64,000 bases of DNA from an uncultured Verrucomicrobiae bacterium. GTDB lineage: Bacteria; Verrucomicrobiota; Verrucomicrobiia; Chthoniobacterales; JAFAMB01. The stretch is from positions 64,001 to 128,000 of the forward strand of contig CAVXLD010000014.1 in assembly GCA_963762565.1 (NCBI GenBank), given 5' to 3'. The translations under genes and the position numbers were made by a program. Below are positions 42,028 through 49,004 of the stretch, one piece after another. Numbering within the stretch: position 1 is the first letter of the stretch; every line of letters starts with the position of its first letter. The notes under the pieces are model-generated. The model was given only the letters and a program-made list of their open reading frames with translations. It did not search any database and was not told the DNA's origin.

Positions 42028-42322
42028 TGGTAGGGCGAGGCTCCCGAACGGCCGTGTAGCTTGCGCAAAGTGATAAAGGACTCTCGCCTATTAGTCTACT
42101 GGGCCGCGAATCCGCCGAGCTGTTCCAGCGCGTGCCACAAATAAGAGAAGTTCAAGGAGTTGCCGCCGAAGGAGCCAGAATTCAGGGGCCAGGAGGCAAG
42201 CGCAGCGTGAGGGAGCACCTCTTTCGTATAGTGGTCCTCATGCACGTGTCGCATAAGTCCCATTGGTCCCATGAAGCCCGTCGCGCCGAAGGTGGGTCCC
42301 ATCCGGTCGCAGCGCCCATCGC
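42028..42322. repeat. Cluster of partial repeat elements (solo GTAG REP, GGAGTT/GGAGCCA arm, family-C core)
   Basis: 42028-42054 matches the reverse complement of 7358-7384 at 26/27; 42250-42322 resembles 9661-9736 and 38892-38917. Confidence 0.75.
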
Positions 42323-42630
42323 CTGCTGTAACTAGATCTTCGCTAGGGCCTTAGCGACAGCGATTACCTGGTTCCACTTTCCCGGGGCCAGCGACAATAT
42401 CTCTCGATAATCTGCTCAGCCTCTCGCCGCTCGTCACTACAGGATTGGTGATGTGATGGAGGCTTAATCTTCATCGGCTGATCCCGCTTGATAACCTCGA
42501 TGAACGCTTGTTGCCGATGAAGCAACTTCTTGGGGGTACACATCTTGGCCGGTAAACTAGCATTTCTCGGCCAAAAGCCAAGAGTGGAGATTAACCGGCA
42601 TATAGCCCCGCCCAGCGGTCGCCCGAATGC

Positions 42631-42725
42631 AAGCAGTAAGCGGTAAGCGGTAAGCAGTAAGCGGTGGGTCAGTATTCAGGCCGGGTTCCCGGTTTCCGAA
42701 GACTGCTTACTGCTTACCGCTTACT
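42631..42725. repeat. Fold-back element with TAAGC(A/G)G/C(T/C)GCTTA arms
   Basis: Four to five left units and three right units. Confidence 0.9.
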
Positions 42726-42936
42726 ATTCTTTCTGGCGAGACGGCTATTTCTGCGATTGATTTCGTAGATCCTCCCTCTCAACATCCAGTTTTGGGGGAC
42801 GGGCGTACTTGAACGCCGACACACGAATGTGTTACCGATGTCTTGAAATCCCTCCTATCGCCCCAGTCCTAACCCGATCCAGCGCGATCCTCTCACTTCT
42901 CACCAATCACCTCTCACCTCTCACGCCTTCGGTAAA

Positions 42937-43434
42937 ATGGACCTCGACCGCGATCTCGAAAAAATTGAGCTTCAAGAAAATGAACTGATTTTGCCCAAGT
43001 TCGATTTTGAGATCGCTTGGCAGATCGGCACCCGTTTACATGATCTCGGAATCGCTGGCCAATTCCCCATCGTGGTTGATGTCAGATATTTCGGCCAACC
43101 GCTGTTCTATAGCGCGTTGCCGGCCAGTGTCCCTGACAATGCGGAATGGATCCGAAGAAAGAGCAATACCGTTGCGCGGTTTCATCGCAGTTCCTATCGA
43201 GTCGGCTTGATGCTACAGCAGGACGGCACCAATCTGTTCGATCGATACGCGTTGGCATCAACAGACTACGCGTCTCACGGAGGCGCGTTCCCCGTGCATG
43301 TTCGAGACTCTGGCGTGATCGGCTCCATCGGCGTTTCAGGTCTTCCTCAACGAGATGATCACGAGCTGGTCGTTGAAGCCCTTTGTTTGACGCTGGGCTG
43401 CGACTACGCCTCTCTCGCTTTACCCAAAGATTGA
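42937..43434 (+). CDS. Heme-degrading-domain (UPF0303/HbpS-like) protein
   Basis: DNAEWIRRKSNTV.RF..SS, HGGAFP, VSGLPQRDDH. Confidence 0.9.
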   Translation: MDLDRDLEKIELQENELILPKFDFEIAWQIGTRLHDLGIAGQFPIVVDVRYFGQPLFYSALPASVPDNAEWIRRKSNTVARFHRSSYRVGLMLQQDGTNLFDRYALASTDYASHGGAFPVHVRDSGVIGSIGVSGLPQRDDHELVVEALCLTLGCDYASLALPKD

Positions 43435-43700
43435 GGTTCGCATATCGTTCTCTTCTCGTCCTTCCGACTTCGCCAACGCCTGGTTGTGGAGGGCGCCTCG
43501 CTTGCGAGGCCGACTTCGAGCGGTAGGCAACATACAGCGTGCGCTTCGTCGGACAGGCTGTCCTCGAAACGGCTCGGCGCACTTTTCGGCCTAATATTAC
43601 GCTCGGCATCGAAGAATCTGTAGCCCTGGTGTTGTCTTGGGTTTTTGGGATCCTCGCCCCACCAGCGTTGACGGTGCTGTCGGCGTTGTTACGTTGGCAG

Positions 43701-44327
43701 ATGGACTCGGTATCCTCCGCCGTCTCCAGGCGTGAATTTTTGTACGCTGTTGCCGTTGCCGCGGCTCCAGTTGCGTTTCTCTCCCAGGTTCGATCAAGTC
43801 TCGCTCAGGATGGCGGCTCCGTGCTTTTGGAGCCTACGCCGGCGGTTAGTGACGATGATCTCGCAGTGACGCCTAAAGAAACTATCGGCCCTGCTTTTAA
43901 ACCAAATTCGCCCTTGAAAGATAACTTTCGCGAATCCGGGGTTACCGGCGTTCTGGTGACCCTAACAGGGTTCGTGCTCAATCGGAAAGGGAAACCAATT
44001 AAAGGGGCAGTGCTCGACTTTTGGCACGCTGACGCCGATGGCCAATACGATTTTACAGGATTTCGTTGCCGAGGACATCAGTTCAGTGAGGCAAACGGTA
44101 GATACGAGCTCCAAACCATCCTCCCGGGCATCTACCCGGCTAGAACCAGACACTATCACGTCCGGCTTCAAGCTCCACCCGGTCCGATCCTCACGACGCA
44201 ACTCTACTTCCCTGGCGAACCTCGTAACTCGTCCGATTTCCTCTTCCGCCGAGATCTGTTGCTGAACGTTCGCGACGCTGATCAGGGCCGCCAGGCTAAC
44301 TTCAATTTCGTCTTGGAAACCGCTTAG
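43701..44327 (+). CDS. Intradiol ring-cleavage dioxygenase family protein, Tat-exported
   Basis: SRREFL Tat motif, WHADADGQY, PGIYPARTRHYH, TTQLYFPG. Confidence 0.88.
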   Translation: MDSVSSAVSRREFLYAVAVAAAPVAFLSQVRSSLAQDGGSVLLEPTPAVSDDDLAVTPKETIGPAFKPNSPLKDNFRESGVTGVLVTLTGFVLNRKGKPIKGAVLDFWHADADGQYDFTGFRCRGHQFSEANGRYELQTILPGIYPARTRHYHVRLQAPPGPILTTQLYFPGEPRNSSDFLFRRDLLLNVRDADQGRQANFNFVLETA

Positions 44328-44334
44328 CGTGGAA

Positions 44335-44529
44335 AAGTGATTGGTGATTCGTGATTGGTGATTGGTGAAAAGACAGTGTTCCTCGGCGATTTGTTAGTGA
44401 ATTGGCCCTCGACCCTGTCAGCTCAATCATATCGGCCTTATCCTAAACATCCCCGTCCGCAAGGTATCGCTTCCGGGCGCCTTCCACCAATCACCAATCA
44501 CTAATCACCAATCACCAATCACCTTTCAC
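44335..44529. repeat. Fold-back element with GGTGATT/AATCACC arms
   Basis: Four left units; five right units plus CCTTTCAC. Confidence 0.93.
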
Positions 44530-44627
44530 GGCTCCGCACTATCTTTCCCTTGTGGCCGAGCGTCTTAACGAGAAATATCATCGGATCCTTATAAATCACC
44601 GTGCCGCCAATAAAACGAACTAAAACT

Positions 44628-45716
44628 ATGAAGCATTGGATCAGGATCCCGTTCGCCTTTCTCGTCGCGTTTCTAATGATTAGGAGCGCCTCGGGCCAGA
44701 ATACTCGGCTGGCCACGGCAACAGATGTGGCTCGTTATTTGGCAGGGATGCCAGTATCAGAGGGCTCGCCGCTAGCGCCACTCACTCGGGACCCGCAGTG
44801 GCTTGCGCATTCTAACGCGATGAATTTGTCGTTCGCGAAAATGGAAACGCGCCAACTGAATAATATTCGTACCTGGCGGGCAACGATGCTGGCGCCGGTG
44901 ATCCCAAATGGGGTGTGTCTCTACCTTTTCGGGGGACCGGATTTTCTCTACGCTAACGTCTTTTTTCCGGACGCTCCTGCTTATGTTTTGCAAGGGTTGG
45001 AGACGATTGATTCGCTTCCGGACCTGCTCACACTTCCAGCCCAAGCTCTGGACGGCACTCTCCAGAACATCCAGATCTCTCTCAATAACGAACTCAACTA
45101 CTCGTACTTTGAAACCAAGGACATGCGGGAGAATTTCTCCAGGTCCGAGCTAAAAGGTGTCTTACCCATCCTGTTTGTCTTTATCGCTCGATCGGGTATG
45201 TCGATCGCGAAAATTGATTATATCTCATTGGCGCCGAATGGCGCCGTTATAGACGGATTCCGTTCCGCAGTGCGAGGAGTGCGCATCATGTTGGACGATC
45301 CTCGGACCGGGCGGGAGAAGAGCTTGTACTACTTTAGTGCGGATCTCTCGAATGGCGCTATGAGTCCAGGTATCGCCCGCTTCTGCTCGAACCTGGGCCC
45401 GACTAATTCTTTCCTAAAAGCTGCCTCCTATCTTATGTACGAAGATAGTTTCAGCACGGTCCGTAACCTAATACTCGGCGTTAGCGGTTCGATAGTGGAA
45501 GATGACTCTGGTATTCCGGTTCGCTATCTTACCTCTGATCGCTGGACCCTGCGGTTCTTCGGCTCCTACACGGGTCCGATCGATCTCTTCAAGAAGTATT
45601 ACCAAACCGATTTATACCAGGATTACGGCACGAGTCATCCATCACCATTGACCTTCGGGTTCGGCTATCAAATCAATCGACGCAGCTCAAATTTGATCGT
45701 GGCCGTCAGGCATTGA
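44628..45716 (+). CDS. Hypothetical secreted protein
   Basis: Signal peptide; LYLFGGPDFL, FLKAASYL and DDSGIP segments. Confidence 0.8.
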   Translation: MKHWIRIPFAFLVAFLMIRSASGQNTRLATATDVARYLAGMPVSEGSPLAPLTRDPQWLAHSNAMNLSFAKMETRQLNNIRTWRATMLAPVIPNGVCLYLFGGPDFLYANVFFPDAPAYVLQGLETIDSLPDLLTLPAQALDGTLQNIQISLNNELNYSYFETKDMRENFSRSELKGVLPILFVFIARSGMSIAKIDYISLAPNGAVIDGFRSAVRGVRIMLDDPRTGREKSLYYFSADLSNGAMSPGIARFCSNLGPTNSFLKAASYLMYEDSFSTVRNLILGVSGSIVEDDSGIPVRYLTSDRWTLRFFGSYTGPIDLFKKYYQTDLYQDYGTSHPSPLTFGFGYQINRRSSNLIVAVRH

Positions 45717-45717
45717 G

Positions 45718-45870
45718 AATGACAAATTACAAATGACAGATGACAAATCGAGGGTGCATAACGCCGAAAACGCGCGCCATGGTCCTCGATTCTAAATTCT
45801 CAAAATCCGCAACCCCGAATTCCTCAATCGGTCATTTGTCATCTGTCATTTGTCATCTGTCATTTGTCAT
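45718..45870. repeat. Fold-back element with ATGACA arms
   Basis: Four left and six right units; core similar to that of 46043-46213. Confidence 0.92.
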
Positions 45871-45884
45871 AGATAAGCTCCCTC

Positions 45885-46046
45885 ATGCCTCAATCCGACC
45901 TATCAAGAACTCCGGAGAACCGGGAGATCAAACAGATCTCGACTTTGCCGACCGGCGAGATCGTCGCCCTTTGTACCGATAGCACGGTCTGGATCTACGC
46001 CGGCAGCAATTGGCGGAAACTGCCAGACCTGGGCGAAGCGCCATGA
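45885..46046 (+). CDS. Small hypothetical protein (53 aa), absent from the ORF track
   Basis: MPQSDLSRTPENREIKQISTLPTGEIVALCTDSTVWIYAGSNWRKLPDLGEAP*; fills the gap between two repeat elements. Confidence 0.55.
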   Translation: MPQSDLSRTPENREIKQISTLPTGEIVALCTDSTVWIYAGSNWRKLPDLGEAP

Positions 46047-46213
46047 CAGATGACAAAATGACAGATGACAGATCGCGGCCGCCTAGCGCCGAGAACAGTG
46101 AAATGGCCACGATTGCAAATTCTCGAACTCCCGCCCGCAACGCTTCGCGTAGCGATGCGGGCGCGGCCTTGAACTCCTGCAACTCCTCAATCTGTCATTT
46201 GTCATTTGTCATT
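46043..46213. repeat. Fold-back element with ATGACA arms and inserted 37-bp palindrome
   Basis: Arms at 46043-46072 and 46191-46213; insert 46127-46163. Confidence 0.92.
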
Positions 46214-46563
46214 CCCCCGAGGTGCGTATCGCGAAACCCCGTTGGATACTTCAGTCCAAAGTCTAGGACCCGATCGAGACCGATATGTGCTGTCCAGATG
46301 AGGGCATATGGTAACACCCACAGAGACCGCGTCAGGTAAGCGTATGCGATCAACAGGAAGGGACCGATCAACGTGTGCACCAGATTGTAACAGATCGTTC
46401 CGAGTCGGACGCCGCGCAGATAGCCGAGCATAGACAGATCAGGCACGAGCAATAACACGACAAAGAGAAGCCAATCGGCATGGATCACCTGATAGAAAAT
46501 TAGACTGAGCGCCAGATCTAAGCCGCCTTCAAGTCGAAGAAGAAACCCGGGTTTGGTGAACAC
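46195..46563 (-). CDS. DUF4260-family membrane protein
   Basis: LLRLEG, LLLVPDLSMLGY, YNLVH, WTAHIGLDR.L.FGLKY..GF.DTHLG; GTG start 46563. Confidence 0.9.
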   Translation of the reverse strand: MFTKPGFLLRLEGGLDLALSLIFYQVIHADWLLFVVLLLVPDLSMLGYLRGVRLGTICYNLVHTLIGPFLLIAYAYLTRSLWVLPYALIWTAHIGLDRVLDFGLKYPTGFRDTHLGGMTNDK

Positions 46564-46784
46564 GCCGGAGCTTAGAGGCGGCAGAGGATGAATAGCAGAT
46601 AGCAAATCTGGTGCGAAGGAGCGACGAGGCGCGAACCGCGGGGAGGGCGCGCGTCCTCGCGCGCCGCGACACGTTCCAGACCTACGGGCGTATTTGATTC
46701 CTCGTCTGCCAAACGCGTTCGGCTCCGAGAACAATCCGGCAGCTGCCAGGCAGCTGCCCATGCGCGTCAAGATAAGGAGTCGAC

Positions 46785-48044
46785 TCATAAAGCTGCGAGT
46801 CTTTGAAAGAGGTTGGTTCGATCGGAACGGGAGTCATAACGGCAAAAGTAAAAGAAATGTTGGAGCCAGTCTTGGTGAGGGGAAGCGGCAATTAAGGGAA
46901 GCAAACGACTCAAATAGGCAGCGATTTTGAGTGGACTGAGAGCGTTTAGTTCAACGCCCCAAGGCTGAAGGGCAAAAGCGGTCTGCAGCAAGGCAATGGC
47001 TAGTAGTTTTGCTAAGAGTTGAATCTGGACCCAGAGTGGATTGCGAGCAGGAAGCTGACCGAGCTGAAAATGAGATTTCCAACTTTTGAAAAGCACTTCG
47101 ATTTGCCACCGAGTGCTATAGACTTCCCAGAGTTGCTGAGCACTGAGTTGTTCAGGGGTGACGTTGGTTAATAGGATGGTCCAACCTAAAAGTTTGAGAT
47201 AACGTTTGGTGAGCTTTAGCGAGCGATCTTTTTTGGCGTTGGCCCGAGCGCGCCGCCGACGCTGAGCGGCTAAGGCTGGGGGCAAGCGCAAAGCCACTAA
47301 ACGCACCGGGAGTCGCTCTTCGGCGCCTAACAGCAGCTCGACACTGAGTTGACAATGGTTTTGGACTAAAGCCAAAAGCTCGACCGGCTTTTGAGTTTTG
47401 GGATCAAAGAAAACAAAATCGCTGCGGCAGCGACTCAAGAAATAGGCCCCGGCCTGGATGATCTGGCGCCAAACTTTAAAGACGGCGTAGCCCAAGTCGC
47501 GAATGACCAAGTCTCCGGGTTGGAGCAAACTTAAAATCAAGCTCGAGGCCTTCTGATCGTTGTCGGTCAGGGCACCGAGTTGGAAATGAAGCCAGCTTTG
47601 AGAACGCAGTTCAAAGACGGCTTGGATTTTGACGCTGGCAAGCTTTGCTTGGTGTTGATTACCACAAGCCGGAAAACAACTCGCCAGTCTGGGATGGAGG
47701 GCTAAAGCGGTGCTGTCCTGGAGCAAAACTCGGCCGAAAGGTTCCAACAGCCGACTGGGGCAAGAGCGGTGCATAAAATTGGCTAACAAGCTGGCCAAAC
47801 AAAGTTGTAGAAAACCTAGCAGCCTTCTGTCGCAGCGCTGATGCAGAGCTTGTTTAGAGAACAGTCCCGCTTGCAAGGCACTTAATTGGGCCGCCCAGCT
47901 TTGGAAAGAATAGGCTGGGTAGCACAGACTCAAGAGGATGGATTGAAGGAATGCTTCCAGAGAGAGTTTTTTAGGGCGACGTAAGACAAAACCAGAGCTT
48001 CTAGCCAAGGTTTGCAGAGGCAAATAGGAAAAGCGTTGCAGCAT
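46785..48044 (-). CDS. IS4-family DDE transposase
   Basis: LLQDST, IRDLGY, YSTRWQIEVLFKSWKS (YREK motif); probable ATG 48044. Confidence 0.95.
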   Translation of the reverse strand: MLQRFSYLPLQTLARSSGFVLRRPKKLSLEAFLQSILLSLCYPAYSFQSWAAQLSALQAGLFSKQALHQRCDRRLLGFLQLCLASLLANFMHRSCPSRLLEPFGRVLLQDSTALALHPRLASCFPACGNQHQAKLASVKIQAVFELRSQSWLHFQLGALTDNDQKASSLILSLLQPGDLVIRDLGYAVFKVWRQIIQAGAYFLSRCRSDFVFFDPKTQKPVELLALVQNHCQLSVELLLGAEERLPVRLVALRLPPALAAQRRRRARANAKKDRSLKLTKRYLKLLGWTILLTNVTPEQLSAQQLWEVYSTRWQIEVLFKSWKSHFQLGQLPARNPLWVQIQLLAKLLAIALLQTAFALQPWGVELNALSPLKIAAYLSRLLPLIAASPHQDWLQHFFYFCRYDSRSDRTNLFQRLAAL

Positions 48045-48047
48045 ATG

Positions 48048-48071
48048 ATATATAGTATAAAAACTATATAT
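48048..48071. promoter_or_regulatory. Candidate operator palindrome between divergent transposase and AbrB genes
   Basis: ATATATAGT-N6-ACTATATAT perfect inverted repeat containing -10-like hexamers. Confidence 0.55.
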
Positions 48072-48132
48072 TTGCACCGCTTTTTTTCGCTCTCTTTCTT
48101 GCTCTTTAGAGCGTTAGACTTCTTTCCTAACC

Positions 48133-48324
48133 ATGGGCTATCCGGTCAAACTCCAAAAAGTCGATCGTCCCACCAATCGCAGCTTCTATGTCAATTTGCC
48201 TGCCGCTCTGGCCGACGCTATTGAACTGGACAAAGGAGAAGAATTAGAGTGGTTCGTCGAAGACAAAAACACCCTCATCCTGCGTCGAAAGAAACCGACT
48301 AAGCCCCTCAAACTCAAGCACTAA
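48133..48324 (+). CDS. AbrB/MazE/SpoVT-family DNA-binding protein
   Basis: 63 aa, YVNLPAALADAIELDKGEELEW swapped-hairpin pattern; its stop abuts the IS terminal repeat. Confidence 0.85.
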   Translation: MGYPVKLQKVDRPTNRSFYVNLPAALADAIELDKGEELEWFVEDKNTLILRRKKPTKPLKLKH

Positions 48325-48421
48325 CTCCTTATCTTGACGCCTATGGGCAGCTGCCGGACGCGGACGCGATCCCTCCCCCAGCGTTTCCCCGCGTCCCACA
48401 TTTGCGTCGCTTTGCTATCTG

Positions 48422-48724
48422 CTATTTGCTATTCATTCTCTCCGCGAGCCACGCGAAGGCGTCTCTCTGCATCTCTTTATCGAACTTGTGTGGGCCGTCA
48501 TAAAACTGTCCAACAGACCAGGATATCTCTTCACCAGCCAACCCATCCCGTTTCCAGCTGGTTTCTATCCTGACGTCCTCCGCCGCGGGGTTAGAACTGC
48601 TAAATCCGAGAATCTTACGGATTCGTTGCCTCGTCTCTTCGCCAGGCGAGGCCGCAGGGTACAAGTCCGCTTGTTTTTTCGCGGCCTCAACCCAATCACT
48701 ATAAATCCCGAGATGAGTTCTCAT
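48422..48724 (-). pseudogene. Internally deleted alpha/beta hydrolase (acetylxylan esterase/dienelactone hydrolase-like)
   Basis: N-terminal segment ending EEISWSVG joined directly to C-terminal FYDGPHKFDKEMQ..AFAWL; no nucleophile region. Confidence 0.6.
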
Positions 48725-48740
48725 GGGTGGTTCTCCGGTC

Positions 48741-48916
48741 AATCACAAATGACAGATTACAGATGACAAATTGCTGAACTGTATCGATTCTTAGAACTTC
48801 GTTGGTTGAAACGCACGGTTTCGCTCGCCTCGCGCCCTGGCATAAAGAGCCTTCTTGGACTCCTGCAACTCCTCGAACTCCTCAATTTGTCATCTGTCAT
48901 CTGTCATTTGTCATTT
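48741..48916. repeat. Fold-back element with ATGACA arms and GAACTCC/CAACTCC tract
   Basis: Four left and four right units. Confidence 0.9.
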
Positions 48917-49004
48917 ATGATTTCCTGGGCCCCTCCTGACATAGGGTTGTCACACGCTTGACTAGCTTCGACTGTTCTTGTAGCGACCGATTAGCGTTGT
49001 TCAT

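Larger units (their letters stand above)
46759..48345 (-). mobile_element. IS4-family (IS231-like) insertion sequence, 1587 bp, with passenger AbrB-type gene
   Basis: 20/22-bp TIRs CATGCGCGTCAAGATAAGGAGT (46759-46780) and ACTCCTTATCTTGACGCCTATG (48324-48345); 10-bp TSD GGCAGCTGCC at 46749-46758 and 48346-48355. Confidence 0.93.

Noticed and set aside
42364..42543. 59-aa minus-strand ORF (MCTPKKLLHRQQAF...) upstream of trmD, considered as rpsP
   Set aside because: No resemblance to S16 or any family I recognise; left uncalled.
48133..48742. Toxin-antitoxin pair formed by the AbrB-like gene and its neighbour
   Set aside because: The AbrB-like gene ends at the IS terminal repeat; the next ORF is convergent, outside the IS and hydrolase-like.
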